Source: Octopus vulgaris (lineage: Eukaryota). From it: a stretch of DNA of 64,000 bases. Positions within the stretch are counted from its first letter, which is position 1; each line of letters starts with the position of its first letter. Location: positions 106,454,001 to 106,518,000 of the forward strand of contig OX597815.1 of NCBI GenBank assembly GCA_951406725.2, written 5' to 3'. Below are positions 11,243 through 28,351 of this stretch, piece by piece. The notes below the pieces were generated by a model that was given only the letters and a program-made list of their open reading frames with translations, did not search any database and was not told where the DNA came from. The translations under genes were made by a program, and so were the position numbers.

Positions 11243-11330
11243 GCAGTGCTACTCAAAATAGTGGTCTGTGGACCAGTGCCAGTCTATGAGCTATTAGCTG
11301 CCAGTGTGCGGTGAGTTTCCGGAAAAGAAA
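11243..11330. mobile_element. hAT/Charlie-like MITE end
   Basis: cagtgctactcaaaatagtggtctgtggacc resembles MER5/Charlie-type termini. Confidence 0.4.
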
Positions 11331-11401
11331 GAAACAATATTTTTATTTTGCATTTATTTTATAAACAAATACAAAGTTAACTTTTATTATATTCATTATA
11401 T

Positions 11402-12535
11402 ACAGGGGTTAAACAAAATAATGGAAACACCTTAAAATTTCAAGCTAATTTATTTTAATCTGGGTAGGACCACCTTTGGCAGTAATTACAGCTTGAATTC
11501 TATGAGGTTTGGACTTGTACAAAGTTTGAATTGTTTCCAAAAGAATTTTTATCCATTCTTCAGCTAAAACAGTCTCCATTTCTTGTAGTAATATTGAGAT
11601 CTGGGGACTGTGGCGACTAGATAAGATGTTCAACATAACTAGGATGTTCCTTGTACCATTCAGTAACAACTATAGCTGTGTGAATTGGTGCATTATTATC
11701 CTGAAAAATTGCATTTCCCTCCAGAAACAGTCCCACAACCATAGGATGAATTTGGTCAGATAAAATGCTTAAATAGTCTTGACTATTAATTCTGCCATGA
11801 AGGGAAACCATTGGGCTAGCGGATTTCCATGATGTAGCACAAAGTCAAATGCTTCTTTTGGCTGTCTCCACATGTATACTTGGCCAGTGGATGGAAATAC
11901 AGTAAAGGATGACTTGTCAGAGAAAATAACATTCTTCCACTGCTCTTGGGACCAATTCTATAGGTTTTTACTCCACTGTAAACATGTTGCAACATTTGTT
12001 TTTGAAAGTAGTGGTTTTCTCTGATTGCAGCCCTCCCATGAAAACTGGCTTTGTGCAGCACCCAGTGAACAGTTTTTGTGGAAGTTGGGTTCTTGAGATG
12101 GTCATTAAGCTCTGCAGTAATTTTGGGAGCTGTACTTTTTGTATCACCAGCATTGTGCGGATGGCCTTAGCATCAGATTTAAAATTCATCAAAGACTAGG
12201 GTCACATACCACACGTCCCCTACAAAATTCAGCCTCAACAAAAATTCTTTTCAGCAGGCCGTGCTATTTAACATTGTCAAAATGAAGAAAAAGACTCCAT
12301 CACCTTCAAAACAAACCTAGCAACTTTCAAGGGACACCAGATAAGCCACCTATACTAGGATGTATCTCAGTCAACTATAGCTGAGTCCTTTCTAACAATT
12401 TGTGCAAGAGTCCGTTGGTCCCTATCTGAAAGTTTTGGTTTTCTTCCAGAGTTTTGTTTCGATGAGGAGGTTTTTCCCTCTTTCTCAAAGCTGTCATTTC
12501 TTTTGAGACAGTACTTCTTGATACACCAAACATTT
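11402..12535 (-). mobile_element. Decayed Tc1 transposon, interrupted by a LINE 3' fragment (~12185-12385)
   Basis: Fragments MFGVSRSTVS..KTSSSKQNSGRKPKLSDRDQRTL, VIQKVQLPKL, FQDNNAPIHTA, IQAVITAKGGPT. TIR caggggttaaacaaaataatggaaacacc follows TA. Confidence 0.85.
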
Positions 12536-12729
12536 ATACTACTAGAGCTGCTTTTAATTCGTAGTTTAATTTTATTTCCTGTATGTAGCTTAAGTATGTT
12601 TCAACCAGATTGGCCCAGGTAACTTAATAGCATTGTTTTGTGGTATCGGCCTATTCAAGTAGGGAGCTATGGTTGACTGAGATACATCCTAGTATAGGTG
12701 GCTTATCTGGTGTCCCTTGAAAGTCGCTA
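12318..12729. repeat. 65-bp inverted repeat (12318-12382 / 12665-12729) derived from a CR1/Jockey-like LINE 3' end
   Basis: Arms are reverse complements with 2 mismatches. Upstream residues resemble the LFN...FK..L..F...PD.P...G LINE C-terminus. Confidence 0.8.
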
Positions 12730-13124
12730 AGTAATGCTTGCATTACTATAATGAACGCTGGGAGATTATTATTAAGCTTTAATATTTAATGCACCAGGCA
12801 AATGGACGCAAGATAACTAGATGCTTTTCATTTGTCACTGGTAATACTTCGAGTCGAGACTTACCAATTTCCGCGCCAAAGTATGACGTATGAAGAGTTG
12901 TCCCCCTTCTGTAATTTTTGTTTAAACGTTCGTTAAAGGTACGAGGGAGTTTGTACATAGGACAAGGTGAAATACTTCTCTGTTCACAGACTGGATTCAT
13001 GTTATCTTTTTTTTAATAGAGAATGATGAATGAAGTTAGCGTTCATGAAAATAATCTTTTCTATATTTTAATTTCATAATTTCGTTTCCTCTTCCTCTGG
13101 AAGGTTGTCAGTGGCTGCTACCTA

Positions 13125-13580
13125 TAGGGTGGCCCTAAAGTAGGTTTACAGTTATTCAACTATCTCTTTCGCATTCATATATTAAGATCATAATTATAAA
13201 ACAGTATGAGATCATTCATTATTCTATGCTAATTTAGTTAATTTTTTCAAGCTCCCTTTTTAGTTTGTAATTGTATTATAAAGGTATTATAAAGTGTAAG
13301 CCATAGCAAACAATTTAAATCAAGAGCAAAGAAAGTGGATATTAAAGCAATATTGGAAGTCTCAAAATGCTGAGCAGGTGTACACAACATGGCCAGAAGC
13401 CTTTCACACATCAAAATCTGCACACCCTAAAACTTTGACTGAAAAAAAAAATGAGATGTTAGTGGCTATGACATTTGTGAACAGTCCAAAGAAGCCTACA
13501 CAACGTACTTCTCTAGAACTATCCATACCGAAAACATCATTGCAATGCCTAATGCATAAGCTGAAAATCATGGGGGAATA
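13125..13580 (+). mobile_element. Tc1/mariner-superfamily 5' remnant
   Basis: TIR-like agggtggccctaaagtaggtttacagt. HTH fragment VNSPKKPTQRTSLELSIPKTSLQCLMHKLK. Confidence 0.6.
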
Positions 13581-13779
13581 GATGATAGGCACATCTGGCC
13601 ACACCAGGAGAATAAGGAGGGTGATTAACCAGTTCAAAGCCATATTTAAGCATAGCAGCCACTGAAACCAAGCACTTGGATGTTAGAGTATTGTTTTACT
13701 GAAACACGACCTATTTTGTCAGTTTTCTTGAGCGTTTGGTCTTGATGGCTCTTCATAACTGCCTCAGAAGGTTGGCATA

Positions 13780-14615
13780 TTACTCTCCATTGCTCCCTTT
13801 TGAAGATGGTCAATAAGCACAATGCCTTTTGTACCCACAAAAGCAGGCTGTCATCTTGCCTACAGATGAAGTGACGTTGGCCTTTTTTGGAGCAGGTGAG
13901 GAAAGGTGTTTCTGCTCCATGTCTCTGTCTTTGGCTCAAAGCGATGAATGTAACACACATTTTGTGTTAAGAAACATTCAAGGAAACCTGCTGGTTCTGC
14001 TTCAAGCAGTGTCACATTTTCCTCATGATGTGATCAGTCTGATGTACTTTTGATCAGGTGTCAGATGATGTGGTGCACACTGAGCAGAAATCATTATGTT
14101 AAGTCCATTGCACAGAATATACACAAGTATCTAATGGGATATGCTAATATCATTTGCAATTTGATTTATAATCAGTCGTCTTTCATCCATCACTGAACAT
14201 GGTCAATGTTTTTCTTGGCGGTGGCAATTGCAGGACGTCAGGACCTTGGGTCATCTTCAAGACTACCTTTCTGTCTTAAATTCAGCTGCCCTCTTTTGCA
14301 CTGTTAATAATAAAACTGGAGTGTCATCCCAGAATGTAGCAACCATGTCAGTGAATGTCGTCGGGAGCAAAACCTTTTCCCTGCATGTACTTGATAACAC
14401 CACGATTCTATATTCTGTCCATTTTCAAGAGGAGTTGCCTCTAGTTACTTTTGAAGTCTTTGAACAGTCATATACCAATTTACTTACAAAGAAACAATGC
14501 AAAATAAACAAAATAAAACAAAAAAGAAAACTAATTTGAAGATTTGAAATGAATACATGCAAGTTTTTGCAGCATCACTCCTTCATAGCCAATGAACTTT
14601 TCAGGCTACCCTTGC
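13780..14615 (-). mobile_element. Decayed mariner 5' half
   Basis: Minus-strand fragments GSLEDDPR, SAQCAPHHLTPDQK (WVPHxL-like). TIR-like caagggtagcctgaaaagttc. Confidence 0.6.
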
Positions 14616-15756
14616 ATGTTCATTTGGAAAGATATAAAACCGTTAGTAGTGTTGTAAAACCAAAACGTTGTGACACTAGTGACAACTGAACTCAGTTTTA
14701 CAAACAATATATGGCCACGAGTTGCACTTATAAATGTATTGGTTTGTTCCTCCAGTTCAATATTCTCAATCTAAAATGGGTAGCAGGCTACATTCCCTCT
14801 TGAATTTCATAGTCTAGCCACATGAAGCACCTCTGCTATTTACTGTGACTAATTTGTTCATAGAACTCGAAATTTATAACAGTGTAGCTAAAACTAAAAC
14901 AGCTTACAAGTATGTATGTTTAAATTCAAATTAAGACAAAAAATTCAGAAATAATTTGAATTAACTAGGGAAAAATTAAAAAATGTTAGAATAAACAGAA
15001 TAAGATCTTTAAGCGATATGACATAAATGAATCAGAATTCTCTTGTTATGAAGTAAAATTTTCATGTCTGATTGAAGAAATGGAAGGTGGGAAAAAGCAT
15101 GGCTTGGACATTCTCCTAGATATCCTCTTCATTTGCCGTCTGGTTTTGGCTGACAAATTACGGAAGTAAAACCAAAATATTTTTTGTCCAGAAAACAACA
15201 CTAAGAGTTATTTCCCTTGTTTACTAGATTTACTAGAGTTATTTCCCATATGTTGTTTTCATTTAAACGTTTAGCTGTATGCGCGGCAATGCCATGCATC
15301 ACATTTTTCTTTATAATTCATAGTTATTTTGTGTGATTTTCGTTGGAAATTGATATAGGACAAATTTCAAGATTTCAAAGTTGTTTACTGCTATATTATT
15401 CACTATTAATTGGTGTGAAGATTATGAATCAGTACGCACGTTTTATGTCTTACACCTTGACACTCGTGAACGAGGACATAATCACTCAGTCTACTAGAAG
15501 TGAAAGTCCAGTTTTCTGTAAACTATAGCTTAAAAACAAAACATAGACGGTATACGAAATTACACTGGATAAGAAAATAATATTCAATTCTAAATTACAT
15601 TCCTCTATGTAACATTGTATTTATATTATCATTGATTAAACGTAACTCATTAAAACCGAAATAGACCAATTTAAATGCTAAAATTTCCTCGGTTTTCTGA
15701 GATAAAATTATTCCAGAATCAATGGTGCTGGTTGTGTCTAATATCGAAACCCAACT

Positions 15757-15962
15757 ATCCTTTTCTACTCAAGGCACAAGACCCAACATTTTGGGGGAGG
15801 GGGCCAGTCGATTAGATCAACCACAGTACGCAATTGGTACTTAATTTATCAACCTCGAAAGGATGAAAGGTAAAATCGATCTCGACAGAATTTGAACTCA
15901 GAACGTAAAGACAGACGAAATAACACTAAGCATTTCGCCTGGCATGCTAACGTTTCTGTCAG
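15757..15962 (-). mobile_element. tRNA-derived SINE with Deu/Nin-like core. Further copies ~19050-19240(+), 27750-27965(-), 28030-28247(-), 28760-28935(-), 54715-54907(-), 55738-55951(+), 57935-58130(+), 58668-58870(+), 60930-61140(-), 63690-64000(+, two partial)
   Basis: Shared gagttcaaattc (B-box-like) ...gactttgcctttcatcctttcggggtcgataaattaagtaccag core in >10 dispersed copies. Confidence 0.85.
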
Positions 15963-17496
15963 TTTACTATCCAAAAATATATTGTCACTGTTGTAGTTTA
16001 GTAAAATACAATATAATTGTAACTTTTGATATGAGAATTAAAATAAGGATAGTAAAGAAGTAGTAATCATGAGCAATTAGATGCAATGTTCTGTTATAAA
16101 GACAAAGGTATCACTGAAATACTGGTCCTTAGAATTAGATTCTGTTATATTTCTGGCATTAACGTTTGTAATATTTACATCTGTGGAGTTTTCTGTAGCT
16201 GTAGAATGAAACTAGAGCTGTTGTTTTTCTTTTTAATAACGGAATATGAAGAAACCATTTTAAAATTGAAAATTTAAATGTCTCAAGGTGGTGTGTCCAT
16301 TAATCCATCTAAAATTGATTTTTCTTTGAATTTCCTGTTTTAATTTCCTTTCCGTCACTCCTTTTATTTCTTTTCCATTAGCCAACTGGAACATTATCTA
16401 TAATTGTCAAATTTGCTATTGTAGACATGGAAGCAAGGAGAATATCGTGGGTGTTAGACATTATCCGTTGATCAGCTTAAAACCACCATGACATGGCACT
16501 TGGGTGCTTTTAGCTGATCCACTTTGTTGAAAGTGTCCGATCTGAACATAACTTCCTCTCTTCTCACACATCATGGAATCGTCCTTAAAAGGTCATAGTC
16601 ACTGCCTTCCAACTTTGATCAAGTTTTTCAAGATTTGCAAGCTATTCACTCAAACGTTGTTCACAGTGTATTATTTTATGTTTCTGAATTAAATGTAATG
16701 GTGTTTCACTGCTGCACAATGCATGTAATTACTTACAGATCATTGTTTAAATAGGTTCAAAGAAGTGAATTTAGTTTACATTTGGTTTTTTACTTTTTAA
16801 TTATTGTTGCCTGTTTCATTCATTGAACTGCAAACCTACACAGGTCGTCAAGCAGTTAGAGACAATGCATGCATGCACACACACACCTTCTTTATTTCTC
16901 TCTCTCTCTCTCTCATACACATACATGATGGACTTGGAGGTAAGCTTTGTTTTAGAGAGAGCCAAACAGAGAGCCACAGGTAGCTCTCAGATTGTCATGG
17001 GGCTTCTAGGCCCCAGATCAATGTACGAGTTGAACTTGCCTCTCATAGGTTCTGGTCTAATGATTAGATGATTAAACCCCATTAGTCTGAGGAACAGATC
17101 ATTGTGACTCATTAGTTATCTGTTCACCTGATGTAAAGATAACTGTGTCAAATCAACTACTGTCAATAAATCACTGTGTAAAATATTAGCTTGATAAATA
17201 CATTTTTATGTAACAGTATTATGGTGAGCAGAATATTTTTCTAGTAGTGAGAATCTTTAAGGTAAGATGGGCAACAGAAGTTCTTCAGAGAACTCCGTCT
17301 CCATGCTTCGGTTTTTAACTTCTTACACTCTAACTGGACTAGGCTACCCTGGATACCCATCTGCTGTTGCTGTTTGTGCCATTAGTCGGATTCTGAATCA
17401 ACAGTATGTTATGGGAACTGTGGTTTAACTTCTGGCCTTAGTTTTCCAATGTCTTATCTGCTTGTGCAATATGCTAATCAAATGGAATCAAACAAA

Positions 17497-18385
17497 CATC
17501 ATCATCATTATCATTGTTTAACATCCGCTTTCCATGCTAGCATGGGTTGGATGATTTGACTGAGGACTGGTGAACTGGATGGCTGCACCAGGCTCCAATC
17601 TTGATCTGGCAGAGTTTCTACAGCTGGATGCCCTTCCTAATGCCAACCACTCCGAGAGTGTAGTGGGTGCTTTTACGTGCCACCAGCATGAGGGCCAGTC
17701 AGGCAGTACTGGCAATGGCCAAGATCAAATAGTATTTTTTTACGTGTCACCAGTACAGGAGCAGCTCTAGTAATATAAATGTTATTGGTTGTATAAATGT
17801 TTGGTGTATCAAGAAGTACTGTCCAATGGCACTGGCAATGACCTCACTTGAATGTTTTTTTCACGTGCCACCAGCACAAGTGCCAGTAAGGCAACGCTGG
17901 TAACGATCATGCTCAAATGGTGCTTTTTATGTGCCACTGGCATGGAAGCCAGTTAGCCGCTCTAGCAACGATCTTAGCGCTCCACTAGCACGGGTGCCAG
18001 TCATCGAATTTGATTTCGATTTCACTTGCCTCAACAGGTCTTCGCAAGTAGAGTTTAGTGTCCAATGAAGGAAAGGTATGCATAAGTGGGCTGGTTACAC
18101 TCTTGGCATAAGCCACGAGGTTATTTGGCTTGCCGGGCCTTCTCAAGCACAGCATATTTTCAAAAGTTTCGGTCATTAGTCATTGCCTCGGTGAGGCTTA
18201 ATGTTTGAAGGTCGTGCTTCACTACTTCATCCCAGGTCTTCCTGGGTCTACCAACCGCTAGGGTGTGGCACTGTTTCACTCAGCTATCCTCATCCATTCT
18301 CGCCACATGGCCATACTAGCACAGTCGTCTCTCTTGCATACTACATCTGATGCTTCTTAGGTCCAACTTTTCTCTCAAGGTACCT
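17497..18385 (-). mobile_element. RTE-clade LINE 3' fragment with (GAT)n tail
   Basis: Reverse strand reads RRLC*YGH...RPRKTWDEVVKHDL. 3' UTR homologous to 34620-35236. Confidence 0.85.
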
Positions 18386-19849
18386 GATAGAATAAGGAAG
18401 TTGTGGTTTCTGTAATCTTTATATCATTCCATCCATTCTGTTTAACCCTAAACTGAAGATTGAAAAAACAATGTAAATATTTACCTGTAAAAAGTATTAT
18501 ATAGCAACAGTCACTGCGTCTTCTTTACTACATGGCTGTTTATCCATTCACAAAGAAAGACAGAGAGCAAGGTATGTAAAATCACATAGTTTTGAGTAAA
18601 AAAAGTGAGAAACGGAAAAAAAAAGTGCCCGAGCAAATTTTGTGACAAGTGAGTATAAGCTATTTATTGTGCTAGAAATATCTGCAAAGCACCAAAATAG
18701 ATATTCTAATGATCACAAGGCATTAGTATTACATGAATCAGTACTGGAGTCAAAGAAAATTGTCATTATCTATTTTTTGAATCCTTTACAAAGTTCTTGA
18801 GAGCAGAAACTTCTTGTTGCTGAATTTTAAGATCTGAATCTGTCGACACAATCAGTATCAAGATTTTATGATTATAATGATTATTTCTGACTTATGCACA
18901 TAGGAAAACATTCTGTGGGAGTCAGTTGAATTGGTTGCAATACTTAACTGTTACATTATGTTATGAACCATTTGAAGGATGAAAGCAAAAATAAACTGCT
19001 AGGATTGAAATCAGAGCACAAAGGACATCATTCATCGTTGTGAATGCTGGACGACAAAATTGGTAGAACATCAGACATTGATTTGTGGTATTTAATTATG
19101 CCCTTTGGCATTCTGAATCCAAATCTCCATGGTCAACTTTGTCTTCTGTCCTTCTCAATTGATAAGTACCAGTTATGAAATGAAAGTTGATTTTTGCAGT
19201 TACCCCCACCCATCAGCATTTAAAGCCTTGTACTTATTTAGACATATTATATGGACGTATTTTGTTATACCTTGTTCAAAAAACAGCAGTTGTACAAATT
19301 ATCTTCATAGTTCTATAAATAATAGCATGTAAACATTGGGTTAAAAAAACCTATTGGGTAGAAAAAGATGAAGACTCAGTGGGAGTTGAGGCCACAATTT
19401 CTGAATCATGAGAAATGCTTCTAGATTCGTAAGATGTAAACAATAACATTTTCGAGGCTAAGGACAAAACTTCAAAGATGGATGATGGGATTCAAAGAAT
19501 TGCTTTAGTACAACTGTAGGGTGTCATTAGGTCTCTCTATCACTCTCTTTGTCTCTCTCTCTCCCTCTATCTTATCTATCTGCATACATAAGAATCAGGC
19601 CGTATACTTGTTGAAAAATTATATTTTAACAAAATCAAAGTGATTATGGAAAATTCCCAGGAACTAATATAAACAAAAACAATTTTTTCTTTAAATACAT
19701 ATATTTATTATTCTTTTCTGATGTGTATATTTAATAAAGCCACAATGAAATATTTTATATAAATAGAAGTCTATGCATAAACATTTCCTCCAATTATTAT
19801 CAAATAAATAAGTATACTTACGCAAGCCTCAAAAACATAAATATTATAG

Positions 19850-19982
19850 AAATATATATATATTCATGTATATATATATGTATGTGTATATATATATATA
19901 TATATGTGTGTATATATATGTGTATATATGTATATGTGTATATATATATATGTGTGTATATATGTATATATATATATATATG

Positions 19983-20013
<31 letters not shown>

Positions 20014-20060
20014 ATGTGTGTGTGTGTGTATATATATGTGTACATATATGTGTGTGTGTG

Positions 20061-20105
<45 letters not shown>

Positions 20106-20155
20106 GTATGTATATGTATGCATGTATATATATGTATGTATATATAAATATAATG

Positions 20156-20192
<37 letters not shown>

Positions 20193-20504
20193 GTACATAT
20201 ATACATGTATATATATATATCTATATATGTATGTACATGTACACATATATATGTGTATATATATATGTATGCATATATATATGTTTATATGTCTACATAT
20301 ATGTAAAAATATATATATAAGTATATATGTATATATGCATGTATATGTGTATATATATATATGTATATACATGTATATATATTTATATATGTTTATATGT
20401 ATCTTTGTCCTTATGTATGTATATATATATATATATATATGCATATATGTATATATGTGTATGTGTGTATACATATATATATGTATATATCTATATATAT
20501 ATGG

Positions 20505-20562
<58 letters not shown>

Positions 20563-20646
20563 ATATTTATAATGTATATATAGATGTGTATATATATATA
20601 TACATATATATACATATATATACGTATATATATATATATGTTTATA

Positions 20647-20682
<36 letters not shown>

Positions 20683-21130
20683 TATAAACATATATATACG
20701 TATATGTACATATATATACGTAAATGTGTGTATATATATATATTTATATGGATATGTATATATATGTATGTACATATATATATATATTTTATGTCTATAT
20801 GTATATGTATGTATGTATACATATCAATAATCACACTCATGCACACATATATATGTGGGTGTGTACATGTACGTGAAAACATCATCTATGCATATATACT
20901 TATGTGCTCATACATACTTTCATATATGTATAAATATGCATATATAATACATATGTAAAAATGTGCGTGTGCATATATATATATGTATATACACACATGT
21001 ATATGTATGCATGTATATAAAGACACACATGTATATATGTATGTATATACACACACATGTGTATATATCTCTATATATATACATCTCTGTAGACACATAT
21101 TCAAATATGATGATTTGTGTATATTTATGT
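19850..21130. repeat. Compound (TA)n/(TG)n microsatellite tract
   Basis: Directly visible. Confidence 0.97.
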
Positions 21131-21922
21131 ACGTTTGGAAACAATACTTACAAAATATTGTAGACAGAAATGTATGTGTATCAGTCAACATTCTTGATAT
21201 AAATTTGCTAATTTATATGATAATTGTTTGTATGAACCATAGAAAGTTATAATGCTGCTGTGTATCTTCAATATCGGTAGCGTTTCTGTTGATGTCAAAA
21301 ATTTCCTCTGGGTAGTATGCTACCCTTTGTAGCCACTCTTACCCAGGATATCTCATACTTTTTAGATTCTTCTACATTTAAATCACGTGGTCTTTGTAGA
21401 ACTAAGTATCTGTCCTGTCCAATAGTGAAAAGATATGCCAGCAACAGATATGAACACTTGAGCTGAGACAGGCAACCATCACTATCCAGTCGGTCATTTC
21501 ACTTTAAGACGCAGAATCTTACCAACCCATACGTCCTTATAAGTGCATTTAAACATGCGTGCACACACACACAGACACACAAACACACAAACAATTCATG
21601 CATGTGCGCTGATATTTGAAGCATTACTGAATATATAAAAAAAAATCAGTATGACATAAAAAGCAATATTGGAATGTTACCTTTGAAATATTTAATAAGT
21701 ACTGATATGTTGGGTCGAATAAATTCTTTGAAATGGCTTTAAAGAAGAAAAGGGATAAAGATATAAATTATATGCCTATTCCGTTGGCAGGATTCACTAA
21801 TGAAATGTGCATGCAAATTACATCATTCCCTCTCTTCTTTAAGGCTCTGTAAAGGAGTTATTAACCTGAAATATTGGGACTGGTTTAACATTTGAAAGGT
21901 AACATTTCAGTATCTTAGTTAC

Positions 21923-21961
<39 letters not shown>

Positions 21962-22549
21962 GGTTTCATTGGAATTATTATCACTTTCTCTGATACATTC
22001 ATTTGCTATGTAGAGACGCACACACACTCATATAAAAACACACACACTCTCTTTCACACACATACGCACACATAAGCATGTAGAACATCTCTATATATTA
22101 TCACATACACATGCATAAACATATGTAATATATTCATATAGATATTTCATATATGTACGTACATATATTAATATGAATGCACGTATACGCATATATATAT
22201 ATATTTATACTTGTCTTGGGAATACTTATGCAAATCTATAAATACATAAATTATGCTTATTTCTCTGAGTTTAAAGGCTGATGAATATGAACAATATGTT
22301 CTTATATATGCATTTATATATATATGCAGATATTGCATATAAAACTGTGCGTCTTTATGCATTTTATTCACACCTGTACATACACACATTCATAGATACA
22401 TACTCATATAAAACTGTGCATGTTCATATATTATGCATACATATCTATGAGTGTGTGAGTATGTGTAGTATGTGTGTGTGTATGTGTGGGGTGACTGTAT
22501 GTATTTCAGTATTGGCATGTGAGAGCATGCATGTTGTGTGCGAAGGTGC

Positions 22550-26310
<3,761 letters not shown>

Positions 26311-26461
26311 GTGTGTATAAGTTCTGTCATATTTATTATGTCATACATATTTGCTTATTTGTCGCATATAATTTTACAAAAGCGTTTACTATGTATATAT
26401 GGACAAAAGAGAAATATCTCGGTTGACAAACATTTTGTCAAGAAAGATGAAATTTTTTTTT

Positions 26462-27000
26462 TCACAGTAGTGCAGATTGACCAGCAGTTCCATCACTAGA
26501 TTCATCAGGAAATTTGTTATTGTTCATAATATTTTTATTGTCTATATTCGGTGGTTGAACTGTTGAAGTTGTTGTTGTCGGTGGTTGCGTTGGTGCTGGT
26601 GCTGCTATTGATGCCGTACCCTCTGGCGGTGTTTTGGCTGTTGTTGTTGTTGTGGTTATTGTTGATGACGGTGATGATGATGATGCGGCTGAAGATTGCA
26701 ACAGAGAAGAAGAAGCATTTTTTCCAGTATCCATTGACGTAATTGTTAATGATGTTGCAGCTGTAGGTGTACTAAATCCTTCAGGTGACTGAGTGACGTT
26801 GTTTGTCTGGCTGGTACCTAGTCTTTCTGTCACTTCTGCATCGGCTTCTTTGCTTTTAAGATGAGGCTTATGAGGTCGGCCATTACTAGTAATATTTTTG
26901 GTCCACTTGTTCCGCCACTCTACAAAAAGTGTGCCACAGAACAAAATAGCAAACAGTGCCACTCCAATGCTTATACCGATTGCCATTTGTGCACCAAAGC
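26462..27000 (-). CDS. Terminal coding exon of an LDLa-containing single-pass membrane protein (TM helix + Ser/Thr/Pro-rich cytoplasmic tail)
   Basis: Acceptor catcttacag|GC (phase 1). Reads FGAQMAIGISIGVALFAILFCGTLFVEW (hydrophobic) then basic RNKWTK. Open to the stop at 26462. Confidence 0.85.
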
Positions 27001-27125
27001 CTGTAAGATGGTAAAACAGAGCAGTTTAGATATATATTAGATATAGACATGCGGTCATATATATATATATATATATATATATTTTATATATATGTATATA
27101 TATATAGGCATGTACACATGCATAC

Positions 27126-27165
<40 letters not shown>

Positions 27166-27204
27166 ATATATTATATATATGTATGTATGTATGTATGAAT
27201 GTAA

Positions 27205-27437
27205 TCTCTCTCTATATAAACGGCAGTTTGTCTGTGCGTGTTTCTGTGTGTCTGTTTCTCGTACCCTCACTCTGACCACGGCTTTCAACCGATTCTGATG
27301 AAACTTGACACACACATAGCCCAATGTCATAATTTAATTTTTTTCCATTTTTTTGCTATTTTTTGGCTATCACTCTCTAAAAATGCTTTATAGTTATTTC
27401 CCTTACAAACCTGAGCAACGCCGGGCGATACTGCTAG
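27205..27437 (+). mobile_element. Non-autonomous Helitron-like element
   Basis: A|TC... start, subterminal GC-rich hairpin cctgagcaacgccggg, CTAG|T end, no TSD. Confidence 0.6.
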
Positions 27438-28305
27438 TGTATATATACTAACAAAGGATGTATTGATTATATGTTAATTTGTTATAAAATTCTATGTTGT
27501 AAGAAAATATCAATTGGTCAGTGATTTGATATGTAAAAGATAAGATTGTTTTCAATCAGTATAGAAACCTCTTAATATCATATTGTTTGTTTGAAACATT
27601 CTTAAAATATAGGGTATTGAGGAAAGACACTTAGCAATGAAGTATGCACTATTAAGTGGTTTTAAAAAACACACATATGCAAACAACACAACAACAACAA
27701 TAATAACAATAACAATAACAATAACAATAATAATAATAATAATAATAATAATCTTTTCTACTCTAGGCACAAAACCCGAAATTTTTGGGTAGGGAGCCAG
27801 TCAATTAGATCAACCCCAGTACGCAACTAGTACTTAATTTATCAACCCTGAAAGGATGAAGGGCAAAGTTGATCTTGGCGGAATTTGAACTCAGAACATA
27901 AAGACTGATGAAATACCGCTAAGCATTTCACCTGGCACACTAACGTTTCTGCCAGCTTGCTGCCTTAATAATAATAATAATAACAATGATGATAATAATA
28001 ATAATAATAATAATAATAGTAATAATAATTGTTTCAAATTTTGGCACAAGGCCAGCAGTGATTTTGGGTGGTTTAAGGCAAAAGTCATTTACACCGACCT
28101 CAGTGTTGAACTGGTACTTACTTTATCGACCCAGAAAGAATGTAAGGCAAAGTCGACCATGGTGGAATTTGAACTTGAAGCATAAAGACTGACGAAATGC
28201 TGCTAAGCATTTTACTTGGTGTGCTAAGGATTCTACCAGCTTGCCACACATCTATCCATTCATCATTGCACACACACACACACACACACACACCTGTGTG
28301 TGCAT

Positions 28306-28351
<46 letters not shown>

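Noticed and set aside
15140-15300. Possible promoter (CGGAAGT ETS-like motif, slightly CpG-richer)
   Set aside because: Single short motif with no associated exon or TSS evidence.
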